A stretch of DNA of 63,778 nucleotides, the filler included, from Octopus bimaculoides (taxonomy: Eukaryota): NCBI RefSeq assembly GCF_001194135.2. It is 8 parts of 8 records of this genome, joined end to end, with 100 filler letters (N's around TTAATTAATTAA, not from the genome) between each part and the next. Parts side by side here need not be neighbours in the genome. Positions count along the whole stretch, not along the records: positions 21,389 to 27,198 come from NW_026295723.1; positions 27,299 to 33,819 come from NC_069010.1; positions 33,920 to 56,062 come from NC_068984.1; 5 more parts are not named here. The stretch is one strand, 5' to 3'. The notes beneath the pieces are model-generated. The model saw only the letters and a list, made by a program, of their open reading frames with translations. It was not told the DNA's origin and did not search any database. This document shows, in pieces, positions 21,345 to 33,965 of the stretch. Made by a program: the position numbers and the translations under genes. Position 1 is the first letter of the stretch. Each line of letters starts with the position of its first letter.

Positions 21345-24300
21345 NNNNNNNNNNNNNNNNNNNNNNNNNNNNNNNNNNNNNNNNNNNNGGTTTGGCTGTT
21401 GTTTCTAGCTTGTCAGATTTCCGATCGGGGCGGATTTAAATTTTGAAATTTTTTCTTTGGTAAATTCGTAGGCTGGAGAATTAAAATTTTGAAATGCAGA
21501 TTTTTTCTTTTTTTTTTTTTTTCTGCAGATTCTGAATCTCCGCACTCGATATAGTGGATTATTTGTAAAAAAAAAATCTGAATGCCAAAGGGCTAAAGGA
21601 TTTCCACCCTTGACCATCATGTTTTGTCTCTCCATACAAGGGACCCAGTACGATAAAACCCAATGTGTCAGCTTGTAATGCAGTAAGGTGTGATTTGAGG
21701 GACGTTTAGCTGTTATTTCTAGTAGGCTGAGTGCCTACATGCTAAGCTGTGTTGTGCACCCACCTGAGAGTGAGGGCAAGGGTGGTTTGATGGTGCTGGA
21801 GGTGCAGATGTGTTTTGTGTTGTTAATTCTAGAACCCCGTTTTATTAGTCTGGCTCCCCTTTGTACCATGTGGCATGGACAGCCCTGCTTGGATCTTGTA
21901 CTCTGCAGTTCTCAGGGTCACAGATACATGCAAACTATCACCCTACAATCCTGCATTTGACCTGTCCCACCTGAAGGCTATTGTTGCTGGTCTCTCCAAT
22001 GCTAAACATAGCACATGGCCAAGCAGCTTCCTTCATCCAGCTGTTGATGGTGTCTTGCAGTTCATCAACTTGCGACATAGCCACCGTTTGTGATGGCAAT
22101 TTACAGAACCACTTACTTTATCTGAATTTGTCTTCCTGGTGTTTGTGGCATCATTTCGTTAGGGCAAGACATTTTTCAAGACATCAGGGCAAGACATTTT
22201 TCAAGACATCAGGGCAAGACATTTTTCTATATTTTCCTTTTCAAAGTATAGACATCTTGCATATAATTTATAATGTCTTATGTGTACATGGTCCCTGAGG
22301 CACAATGTGGCGAAAATACAGAATTTGGCAGAGCATCATGGCAACAGTGTAAATCTATAGTCTTTTCATTATTCTAAAAGAACTTGGCATTGCATTGGCA
22401 AAAAGACTTAAAAATTACAAATCGTCTCACAAAGACGTCTCTAAAGCAGAAATTTCTTCACTTTGACATTCAGAGCTCTAGGCAGAAGATAACCCAGTGC
22501 TTCTGTGTGCCTCAACTGGTGGCACACTGTGGTATTTCTATTAGTCAGGGTTTCCCTGATCCCCTACTGCTTCTACTCACCAAATGTCTGTAAGCAGCTG
22601 TTGTTTTTTTTGGGGAGGGGGGAATGAAAAGCTTTCTGGCTGCGAGTATGAAGTTATGTTGTTACACTTTGTCTGCAGAAATCTTAGAGCATCTGTCATT
22701 TTCTCCTTTCTTCTGCAGTCGCCTGTACCTCACCCACCTGAAGCCTAAGTCTCTAATCCAATGCCAAGCATAATCCATGCCAAGCATAATCCATGCCAAG
22801 CATAATCCATGTCCAATGCTACTCTGACTCCCCTCACCAAATATTGCTGTCTTCAACATCATACATGATGGCTGCTGCTATCCACTTGACTTTGAGTCCG
22901 GTTGGAATTTCATTGATAGTTATTTTTGCTGTCCTCCCTGGGTGAGTGGGTGGTAGGATTATTTCGTCGTGTTTTGAGTGTTCCTGCGGCCAACTCTTTG
23001 GCTGTTTCTTAATTTGCGAACTGCATCTCAACAGCGGCACTTCTGCTTCCTCGTCCAACATGGGCTATTCTGTTCCATATTGGTACTAAGCACCTTTCAA
23101 TCGCCTTGCTTTTGCAGCTTGCTATTCTTTTCTCGTTTAAGTTGAAGGTTTTATACACCACTGTTTTTCCCGCTAAGTTTTGCACCACTCCTGCTGGTGG
23201 GGCGGGTGGGNNNNNNNNNNNNNNNNNNNNNNNNNNNNNNNNNNNNNNNNNNNNNNNNNNNNNNNNNNNNNNNNNNNNNNNNNNNNNNNNNNNNNNNNNN
23301 NNNNNNNNNNNNNNNNNNNNNNNNNNNNNNNNNNNNNNNNNNNNNNNNNNNNNNNNNNNNNNNNNNNNNNNNNNNNNNNNNNNNNNNNNNNNNNNNNNNN
23401 NNNNNNNNNNNNNNNNNNNNNNNNNNNNNNNNNNNNNNNNNNNNNNNNNNNNNNNNNNNNNNNNNNNNNNNNNNNNNNNNNNNNNNNNNNNNNNNNNNNN
23501 NNNNNNNNNNNNNNNNNNNNNNNNNNNNNNNNNNNNNNNNNNNNNNNNNNNNNNNNNNNNNNNNNNNNNNNNNNNNNNNNNNNNNNNNNNNNNNNNNNNN
23601 NNNNNNNNNNNNNNNNNNNNNNNNNNNNNNNNNNNNNNNNNNNNNNNNNNNNNNNNNNNNNNNNNNNNNNNNNNNNNNNNNNNNNNNNNNNNNNNNNNNN
23701 NNNNNNNNNNNNNNNNNNNNNNNNNNNNNNNNNNNNNNNNNNNNNNNNNNNNNNNNNNNNNNNNNNNNNNNNNNNNNNNNNNNNNNNNNNNNNNNNNNNN
23801 NNNNNNNNNNNNNNNNNNNNNNNNNNNNNNNNNNNNNNNNNNNNNNNNNNNNNNNNNNNNNNNNNNNNNNNNNNNNNNGTTGTTGTTTGTCTATATTTTC
23901 ACTTCTCTTTCTTTTTGAAAAGTATTTGATGATTTTATTCCATGTCTGTAAAAGCATTTTTTCACTACACCAGTCTGTAATCTTAGCCTCCATTTCTTTA
24001 CAATGAAAGATGCTAGAAATAGAAACGAACTACAATACTGGGTTGGCAACGAAGTTCCTGCCGTTTTCTAAATTCTTGGTAGGCTTTTGATGTATTTGTT
24101 CTGTGTCCCCAAATTCGTTTTTTTTTTACTACAGCAACCTGTAATCATTTCAACCTCTATATTTCTTTTGAAAGATGCTAACTGGCATGATTCACCATTT
24201 GGTGATTATAGCCAAGTTGGCAGAGAATGCAATAGCTTGTCCATTTATCAAATTGTTGTTTTGGGGGAAATATTTTTGGTCATTGTTGTAACAGTCGATG

Positions 24301-26202
24301 ACCCTAGCTTGCATGGTTAGAATGCTGAATCTTTTCTTAGTCATCGTTATAACAGTTGATGACCCTAATTTGCATAATCCAATTCTCTGTTGCCAAAAAT
24401 GCCATACGAGCACCAACAATTTGACCTCTTTGAAAGTTTGATAGATCTGTCATTTTAATGAATTGTAATTACCTTTTTTTTTTTTTTTGATGGGTGCATG
24501 TAGAAAACCAAAAAATCGAAGTGTCTAAAATTAATTTATCATTATCATACGTCCGTTTTCCATGCTGGCATGAGTTTGGACGGTTTGGCTGGAAATTGGT
24601 AAGCTGGGGAGCTGCACCAGGTTCCAATCTGATTTGGCATGGTTTCTATGGCTGGATGCCTTTCCTGACACCCAACCACTCCAAGAGTGTAAGTGGGTGC
24701 TTCTTACGTGCCACCGGTACCAGTGCCACTTATGCAACACCAGCATAAGCCATGACTATATGTAAAACTATATATATATATATATATATATTATTATTAT
24801 ATAGTTTCATATATCTACTGAAAGACGATCCCTGATAGGCTATTAAACTTCANNNNNNNNNNNNNNNNNNNNNNNNNNNNNNNNNNNNNNNNNNNNNNNN
24901 NNNNNNNNNNNNNNNNNNNNNNNNNNNNNNNNNNNNNNNNNNNNNNNNNNNNNNNNNNNNNNNNNNNNNNNNNNNNNNNNNNNNNNNNNNNNNNNNNNNN
25001 NNNNNNNNNNNNNNNNNNNNNNNNNNNNNNNNNNNNNNNNNNNNNNNNNNNNNNNNNNNNNNNNNNNNNNNNNNNNNNNNNNNNNNNNNNNNNNNNNNNN
25101 NNNNNNNNNNNNNNNNNNNNNNNNNNNNNNNNNNNNNNNNNNNNNNNNNNNNNNNNNNNNNNNNNNNNNNNNNNNNNNNNNNNNNNNNNNNNNNNNNNNN
25201 NNNNNNNNNNNNNNNNNNNNNNNNNNNNNNNNNNNNNNNNNNNNNNNNNNNNNNNNNNNNNNNNNNNNNNNNNNNNNNNNNNNNNNNNNNNNNNNNNNNN
25301 NNNNNNNNNNNNNNNNNNNNNNNNNNNNNNNNNNNNNNNNNNNNNNNNNNNNNNNNNNNNNNNNNNNNNNNNNNNNNNNNNNNNNNNNNNNNNNNNNNNN
25401 NNNNNNNNNNNNNNNNNNNNNNNNNNNNNNNNNNNNNNNNNNNNNNNNNNNNNNNNNAAGAACGAAATGTGTAAATGAAAATTAGCAACAAGCAGGAAAC
25501 TGCCCCGAGGGTGATTTTTTTGTTTTTTTTTTTGTTTACTGCTAGGATATGTAATACATCGTTGCATGCATGGGGAACAGCGAGAATCTAAATGACAACT
25601 TATTTACAGGTCTTGTGAGTGGATTTGGAAGATGGAAACTGTGTGGAAGCCCCTGTTCTAAATTAAAGCCTTCAATCGAAATTTCATGTTACTTTGTTTT
25701 AAACACCAGATTAATAATGACAAAGCTATTTTAATAAATTCTTCATTATTTTCAAAATTAATTGAAACAAAAGCAACGTATTTCAATGGTCAGACAAAAC
25801 TAAGATGGAGCAGAGTTTTGGTAAAGATGATGCTAAACCAATGATGATGCATAAAATATGAAAGTAATATATACAAAAGGCCAGTTATGCAAATACAATT
25901 AGTGAAAGTTTATAAACAAGGCTGACTAATCTTGAAATATAATTAAAATAGTTTTTGCCTCTTTTGCCCATAAAACAATTTCGCTGTATTTAGAGTAAAG
26001 GTTATAGCAAGCTTCACAATCTGCAAAAGGACAGCATGCAACCATTAGCTACGGGTGTTGGCTACCCATTGGACATTTCGTTTGCTCAGTCAGATGCTTC
26101 CCAGCGAGTTCATATCCAAAAAAAGTAGGGGTTTTATATAGTGAAAACGCAACCATGTGTCGAGAAATGAAAAGAATCACAAATAAGAAGCGTTCTGGGA
26201 TA

Positions 26203-26345
26203 TTATTGTCGCTCCTTAGATTTCTTATGAAACCTGTAATCGCAGACAGCAATTGCTACGATAATTCCGAGCATGGCAGGCATGCGTATGTTTCTGGTTC
26301 CTGTTGTATTAGATTCAATATCTTCTGTTGTTGTTGTTTCTTGAT
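26203..26345 (-). CDS. Possible terminal coding exon of an unidentified membrane protein
   Basis: Acceptor TTCATCTTTTGCAG, then xQETTTTEDIESNTTGTRNIRMPAMLGIIVAIAVCDYRFHKKSKERQ* (Thr-rich stalk, hydrophobic segment, basic tail). Confidence 0.35.
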
Positions 26346-27111
26346 CTGCAAAAGATGAACATTAAGACATATACCTTTTTGTTTTTAATAATTTTTTTTT
26401 AAATCAGGAAGGCTTAACCATTTCGTGCTAAGCTACTTTTGTTTCTATTGTACAAATTCTTTGTTTCAAAGAGATCTAAAGTAAACACTTTCATCAAAAC
26501 TGTAAGTAAACTTATGTTCCCAAAACTAGCTTAGTAATGACAAGGTCATTACTAAATTCTTCATTACTTTCAAAATTTATTGAAACAAAAGCAATATATT
26601 TCAACAGAAATATGGTAGGAACAGGGTTAACACACATCAATATCTTAGACTGCTATGTCTAAAGGATAAGATGTTCCCCTTCAGATCAATCCATCATTTA
26701 GAAAAGTTACATAGCATTAGCAAAAGGGATTGACTTCTTCCTAGTACAAAAACGGAAGGTCGGCAGATCAGTCCATTATTTAGAAGGATCATAGAGCATT
26801 AGCAAAGACTGGGTCTGTCAATTTTTGCCTCTAATTATGTTTTTTTCTCTTCAAGTTCTTTTTTCACCAACAAGAAACTGGAAAATGTCAATCATTTCTT
26901 TAACAATTAAATAGTTCAATAGACAGACTACCCTAGAGAATGAAGCCAACTTGTCCATTCAGTCAACTATAAATATATCCCACCATGGGTTATTATGAAA
27001 ACTTATCGATTAAAAAAAAACAAACTAGTACGGAAGCAACCCTTGAAATTTCAAGTTACAAACTTTGAATTTGCCTAAACATTATGAAAATATTTGCACC
27101 ACCACCACCAC

Positions 27112-27114
<3 letters not shown>

Positions 27115-27198
<84 letters not shown>
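27115..27198 (+). repeat. (ATT)n microsatellite
   Basis: Pure ATT run ending at a gap. Confidence 0.95.
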
Positions 27199-27298
27199 NN
27201 NNNNNNNNNNNNNNNNNNNNNNNNNNNNNNNNNNNNNNNNNNTTAATTAATTAANNNNNNNNNNNNNNNNNNNNNNNNNNNNNNNNNNNNNNNNNNNN

Positions 27299-27350
<52 letters not shown>

Positions 27351-28432
27351 TATCTCTGTGTGTACCGGCAATACACACGTGTTTCACATACACACACACA
27401 CACAACCAACTTAATTTAATTAAAAATATTTATTTCTAATTTAAAAAAAGACAAAAATAAAACATAACGATCCTTTATCACGTGAAGGCTTACTCAATGA
27501 GAAACTCTCAAAATTAATTTAATTAGTTACATTTATGAGAAAGGTTTGTAGAAAATCTGGAATGGAAATTAAAGAACTCTCAAAAATACCAACACAAAAT
27601 GCGAATATGTGATGTGTCTATATACGTATATAAGTATTTGATACATGTACACACACACACACACTTAAATATAAATATATTTATTAATACATATATATAT
27701 GGATATATCCACTTTCCGAAATTGCCATCCATATATATACGTATATATGTGTGTATGTATGTATACATAAGTATGTATTTCTTGTGTAAACGTATATACA
27801 TCCACATATGTATATAGGTATTTCTTATGTTTACATATGTATGTGTCGAAAGTGAATCGCGATTTTAAATAAAGAATGTCGATCAACGTATATACATGTG
27901 TGTGTGTGTAAAAAAAGAATCAATATCTTTATACTCCATAGACTTAACAATGATATGTGGGTAGTTAACGGACTTAATACAAGTGCAAACCTAACATTTA
28001 TAGAATATTTACAAGGTAATTAGCAGCTTATAACAAGTCACGCACTTGCCGAAACTTCGTAGCCATTACGCATATTGTAATTGATATTAATATATTAATT
28101 ATATATATATATATAAATATATTTATATATTATACATATGTATATTATATATATTAATTATACTATATCTATAAATAATGAATATAGATGCTGATATGAA
28201 TATATATATATATGTAGATTGCACAGTGACGTCTGTAGACGAATTCCCATTTATTAAAACTAAAACTAAAAATTAAATTTTGAAAAATAATCAAAGATTT
28301 CGCAATTTGTCGGTTTTGAAAACTACTGTGGAATCTTTTAAGACAAGCTGCATGTTTTATTAAATACTAAAACAAAATTTTAAGGTAATCAACCTTGTAT
28401 ATATAATTATATGTATATGTAATTAAGATTCC

Positions 28433-28478
<46 letters not shown>

Positions 28479-28974
28479 GCACACACAAACATTAGTAATT
28501 TATTCGAGTAATAAATATACGGAGATTAGCTACTTACTTAGCTAAATCCATTTGTAAAATCGATAAATGCAAAACCATATTTGTATATGTATTGAAAATA
28601 TCACAAGAACAAAATTAATAAACGAACGAGTAAGATATATTGAAACCAAATATAAGTGTGGTATCTATTTGTCTATCTATCTATTTATCTATCTATTTAT
28701 TTTTCTATATATATATGTTAGGAAGAAGTGATATAAATATATATATATATATTATTTATATATATATATAAGTGTGATATGTGTGTGGGGGGGAGTGAGA
28801 AAGATTGGCGCGCGCGCGATAGAGCAAGTTTGTATCCATGCGTGCAACAAGGTGATACATTGTACAAGCCCTTACTGATTAAACACCAACCCCTTCGTTG
28901 TTCTTTCCTTTCAGACATAACTGTGGTGACCTAGACTACATTATTAAATGTTGCCATGGCTCACTTTTATTGAA

Positions 28975-29765
28975 ATTTGCGAGAAACTTGGCTGCTATTT
29001 GTACCAGCTCTGGCTACCATGTAAGGGTCTTATTCATCGACTGAGAAACATAAGGCATGAGCGTGATTTGGCTGTTATTTCGAACAAGTCTAGTCACCAT
29101 GTAGATGTTTTCTTCACTGGTTCTAACTTTTATACATACATAAGACAGTCGGGTGTGATTTTTGAGATTTGGCTACTATTTCTACTAAGTCTAGCTACCA
29201 TGTAGAGGTCTCATTCATTGGTTCAGACGTATATATATATATATATATATACGTAAGCGGGTGATTTGAGGGACTTGGTAGCTATTTCCAAAATATGTAC
29301 CTGCCATATAAAGGTCTCCCTTGTTGGCTCATACAAAAGACAGCAGGGTATGATTTGTGGAAGATTTGGCTAACATTTCTACCAGATCGAGCAACCACAC
29401 AAGCCGTTTTACTCCAGTTCAGAATGCCTATGATCAAAGTTATTCCAGATATGGCCATCCTTGCTTTTTTTTTTTTTTTTCATACCTCTAAATCTGCATT
29501 ATCTTCTGTATCTTGCTGTTCGAAGAACACTTGGCTGCTATTTCTAGTAGGAAGTGCGCTAACATAGACTCCACCTCGTGTACATATTGTTTGACCACAG
29601 GTCAGGGCTGATCAATCAAGCACACGATCACAAGCGATCCAGTCGTGACTATCTAGGCATAGTAATGCTAGGACTACACATTATGTTGTACCGGTTTTTG
29701 TGTTTGTTTAATAAGAAAGGTATGGTTGTTGTTTCTAGCAGGCGGGGTGTCTACGTAGTGGCTGC
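28975..29765 (+). repeat. Degenerate tandem array of an approximately 90-100 bp unit
   Basis: About 6-7 copies of GATTTGGCTRYTATTTCTA..AG.TC.AG..ACCATGTAGAGG. Solo copies occur at about 21690, 30930 (minus strand) and 31060. Confidence 0.65.
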
Positions 29766-30309
29766 TTCTGTTTGTTAGGGTCTTTAGTTGGGGAGGAAGG
29801 GGAAAGTGAAACAGGAGAGAGAGAAAGAAAAAAAAGAGATGTGTGAGAGAGAGAGATGACTGAAAGATATAGAAACGCGAGAAAAAGAAGACGAGAGAAA
29901 GGAGAGATGTGAAAGATATAGGAAAGTGAGAGAGGATTATACAAGGAACAAAGAGGGAAGACGGAAAGAGTAAAAAGAAAGAGAGGGATTAAGAAGCGAG
30001 AACAAAGAGAGAAGTGAACTGGAGGAACAAGGACAGAGAAAAATGAAAGGTGGCTAAAAGAGAGGGAGGGTAAGAGGACGTAGAAAAGTGAGTGAAAGAA
30101 GCAAAGAGAGGGAATGTGGCATGAACTAGAGAGAGTAAAAGCGTATGAGAGAGGGGCAATAAGCAGATAAAAAGAGAGGAGGAGGAAGAGGTGTGTATGT
30201 GTGTGTGAACCAGAAGTAAGCGAGAGAGACGGAGTGAGAGAAAGAGAGAAAAAAGGCGGGAAAGAGAGCTGTGTGGGTGAGATATGATGAAAGCCACAAC
30301 ATCACTTAC

Positions 30310-30430
30310 GTTGCTGGAGATGTTTGTCGAGGAGAGAGAGTGCGGTGGTGATACTGTCCGCCAGTTTGACGTGATTTCAGAGAACGACACACTTGTCGAC
30401 ACACAGACATTCAGCATTCAATTCAACGAC
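30310..30430 (-). other. Probable first exon of a minus-strand transcript, divergent from WRNIP1
   Basis: CpG-containing unique sequence ending in a consensus donor AAC|GTAAGT at 30310/30309. Confidence 0.35.
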
Positions 30431-31239
30431 TCACTCTCTCTCTCTCTCTCTCTCTCTCTCGCCCTATTACACTACCCTCCCTCTCATCATTTCCTCCCTC
30501 TTTCTCTTTACGTACATAAAATATACACACAAACAAGTATATTTAAATACAAACGCGCGCGCGCACACACACACATAGATATATATACATATTTTACACA
30601 CACCACTCTTATAGACTAACTCAACCTACTCCTCTGTATACACATATTTACGAGAATATATTTATTATACATCTTTAGCTACTATGTGTTTTGGTGTATA
30701 TGCGTGAGTGTATTAAATATATATTTGTATACATATATATACACACACACACGTATATGTAAATTATATATAATGCCTTGTTACCAGATAAATATGTACG
30801 TATGAGTATATATATATATATATATATATATATGCATGTATGTGTATATTTTATATACATACACACATACTTATACACGTGTGTACACGCAAGCCGAAGA
30901 GCGAGGGCCAATAAACAGCTATTCCGGCTACTAGAAATAACAGCCTAATCTTCCTCGAATTACAGATCACCGTGTTTAGGTTCAGATAAGAACTTCGATC
31001 GTTCGTGACCATCCTGTCTTATTTCAGACAAACAGCTCTCTATTTCTATTTTTGACAGCGGGGGAGATCTGACTGTTATTTCTAGCAAACGGATTGGCCG
31101 TGTAGTATGTAGTGATTCTCCAGATCACCACCGTGTGTATGTTTGTGTATATATATNNNNNNNNNNNNNNNNNNNNNNNNGTGACCATCCTGTCTTATTT
31201 CAGACAAACAGCTCTCTATTTCTATTTTTGACAGCGGGG

Positions 31240-31383
31240 GAGATCTGACTGTTATTTCTAGCAAACGGATTGGCCGTGTAGTATGTAGTGATTCTCCAGA
31301 TCGTATATATATATATATACGATCTGGAGAATCACTACACACTACACGGCCAATCCGTTTGCTAGAAATAACAGTCAGATCTC
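31240..31383. repeat. Palindrome centred on (TA)n; 72-bp arms with one mismatch
   Basis: GAGATCTGACTGTTATTTCTAGC... pairs with ...GCTAGAAATAACAGTCAGATCTC. Confidence 0.85.
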
Positions 31384-31692
31384 ACTAGTTAAAGAATAAA
31401 AAGACTGGGTTAACGACTTAACATATCAAACCCCCTCAATGAACATATATAAGAAATACAGCATAATCCATCAAACATTAGAAATAACAAGAAATAATAA
31501 ATAAAAAGGTAATCTTCAAGTTTAGTGGGTAAAATATTCAAGGGAAATAACTGAACGACTTACCAGTATTATCCGTATGCTTTTAGCTGTTTATAAATAA
31601 ATCATGAGCGTTTTCTTTTTCTTTTTTTTTCCTGAAACAGCATGCGACGGAAGGAGAGAACTTTGTCGATGGGAATGACAATGAAATATATG

Positions 31693-31830
31693 GGTAATCT
31701 TCAAGTTTAGTGGGGCAAAAAAGTAAATAAAAAAATATTCAAGGGAAACAACTTACCAGTATTATCCGTTCAGTTACTTCCCTTGAATATTTTTAATTTA
31801 TTTTTTACACCCCGAAACTTGAAGATTACC
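31693..31830. repeat. Imperfect inverted repeat with about 60-bp arms, plus a direct copy at about 31508-31577
   Basis: GGTAATCTTCAAGTTT...AATATTCAAGGGAA versus TTCCCTTGAATATT...AAACTTGAAGATTACC. Confidence 0.8.
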
Positions 31831-32618
31831 AATATATGTATATTGTTAGGGATATGTGTCTATGCATTTATGTATAGAAACACATACAAATGTGTACGTA
31901 GATACGTATACATACATAAACGTTCATTTATATATATATATATATGTGTACTTATACACACACAAACATCTATTCACACACACACACACTAATAGCAACA
32001 AACATTTCATCAGCCTCGTTTTCGGAACAACATCCGCTTGTGCCACTTTTGTACTCTGCTAACAAGTGGCGGTGTTGGCCAAACACAAGTCACCGATATA
32101 CTATATGTCCGAAAACTTAACACGCGATATCAATTTAAGAGGGAGAGAAAGTTAGTTGCATTTCTGCTGACACGAGCGGGGCAAGTGAATATTTCACGGA
32201 ATTAACGGTATACTTATTGGGCTATTTAATGAAAGCCTGTGTTGTGTCTGTATGAAAAGCTCGTCTGTTAATCGTTGAAAAGTAAAGAAAGAGTGGGGAG
32301 AAAGAGAAAGTATCACACAACCACAGAGAAAAGGGTAAGAGAGAGAGGGAGAAAAAGTCACACACAGCCAAAGAGGAGCATGAGGGAGGGGGAGAGAGAA
32401 AGAGAATGTGTATAAGGAAGGAGAGGGAAAGAGAATGAGTATCAGGAGGGAGAGAGGAAATTAGAATGAGTATAAGAAACAGGGAGAAAGAAAGTGTAAG
32501 AAGTAGAGCGTGTAAAAGTGAGAGAGAGCAAAATGTCAAGATGGACGGATGGCGGTTGGGACAAATAATTGAATGAGAGAAAAGGAGAGGAAGTAATATC
32601 TTCGTCAATTTAAAAGAA

Positions 32619-33335
32619 ATGGCAGCTGAGAAAGTTGATTGTCCTGTCTGTGGTAAGAGTTTTCCCGTTCAAACTATAAATGTCCACGTTGATGAGTGCT
32701 TAAAATTGGACGAAGACGATGAAGAAAGTTCCCTTATGAAGCGAAAACATCGCGACGAAGATGTTTGCGGTAGTGGTGGTGATGACGATTTAGTTGGTGA
32801 TGCTGATGATGCTGATGTTGTCGATGGTGGTGGTGTCGGCAGTAAGTCTTGGGGAAGTTTAATTCCGTATTCAAAGAAATCAAAACTTGACGGATCACCG
32901 AAATTAAATAAGAAACAAGCTGCAAACACAAACAACAACACCAACACAAGCCCTAGCTCTGTATTAAAAAAAAGAAAAAGCAAAACTTCTGCTCTTTTTA
33001 CTGAAGATGCGCTTGACCACAAAGACAGCAAAGGTTCGAATCCCGGTAAGGACTGTAGCGAGGGCACACGGATGGTGGGTTCGACTAGTAACGAAATGAC
33101 TTCGCTTTCTGTGACAACCAATACCCAAAACACCAACATCTCTAGTAAACAACCTTGTGAAAGTTCTTTAATAACCTTTAATATTCCTTTGGCTGAGAGC
33201 CTTCGCCCTAAAACTATGGAGAACTTCGTCGGGCAAACGAAGTCTATTGGTGAAAAGTCGTTCATACGAAAAATCCTGTTCAACTATTCCTTACCTCCGT
33301 CTATGATATTCTGGGGCCCGCCAGGAAGTGGAAAG
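32619..33335 (+). CDS. WRNIP1: WRNIP1/Mgs1/RarA-family AAA+ ATPase, first coding exon only
   Basis: UBZ zinc finger CPVCGKSFPVQTINVHVDECL, PLAESLRPKTMENFVGQ and SMIFWGPPGSGK, followed at once by a phase-0 donor AAG|GTAAAT. No later exons were recognised in the window. Confidence 0.88.
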
Positions 33336-33602
33336 GTAAATAAAAACCTTGATTTCTTCTCGTTTTTTGTTTTAGTTATATTTGTAAACAAACACACATA
33401 TACGTAAGCCAAAACTATAGACATGTGCTTGCTTTCTACCAGTTTCGCTTCCTTATAACTTTCTGAAGAATTTTCTTTTCTTTTCATTCATTCTTTTACT
33501 TGTTTCAGTCATTTGACTGCGGCCATGCTGGAGCACCGCCTTTAGTCGGGAAAAATGGAGATCAGCTTCTCTTTTACAATATAAGATTACTTTTATTGTT
33601 AA

Positions 33603-33691
33603 CTAGCAGAAATACCCGACGTTGCCCGGGTTAAAGAGAATAATGAAATCTAAAAACGCCGTCTAGACTACACATCATCTTTATATATAGA
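33603..33691 (-). mobile_element. Minimal non-autonomous Helitron (about 89 bp)
   Basis: 5' TCTATATATAAAGATG; 3' hairpin CCCGGGCAACGTCGGG followed by CTAG|T. A similar 3' end lies at about 63684-63715. Confidence 0.65.
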
Positions 33692-33919
33692 AATGTATAT
33701 ACACACACGCACCCAAACACACGTATATATATGTATATCAATATAAATATATGAAAGTCAATGAAGTTTCGTAAAAGAAGGTGATCATGTACATACTTTC
33801 TTGCTGTTGTGATTATAACNNNNNNNNNNNNNNNNNNNNNNNNNNNNNNNNNNNNNNNNNNNNTTAATTAATTAANNNNNNNNNNNNNNNNNNNNNNNNN
33901 NNNNNNNNNNNNNNNNNNN

Positions 33920-33965
<46 letters not shown>

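Noticed and set aside
21289-21388. Recurrent TTAATTAATTAA inside N runs (7 sites)
   Set aside because: Identical six-frame-stop linker in fixed 100-bp gaps; an assembly artefact, not a biological motif.
23106-24006. Long ORFs of X residues (also about 24850, 34430, 40440, 48360, 49800, 53000, 60865)
   Set aside because: Created by translating N gaps.
28975-29765. CRISPR-like repeat-spacer array
   Set aside because: Eukaryotic context, highly divergent repeats, irregular spacing and no cas genes; kept only as a degenerate tandem repeat.
31005-31302. 122-bp exact direct repeat flanking a small gap
   Set aside because: Identical sequence on both sides of Ns is typical of an unmerged contig overlap.
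32669-33283. 204-aa antisense ORF (also antisense ORFs over the caspases and CAX)
   Set aside because: Shadow frames of real CDSs with no recognisable motifs.
33336-33407. C-terminal VNKNLDFF... of the 262-aa ORF as WRNIP1 coding sequence
   Set aside because: Intron read-through after a GT donor; the conserved Thr following Walker A GK is absent.
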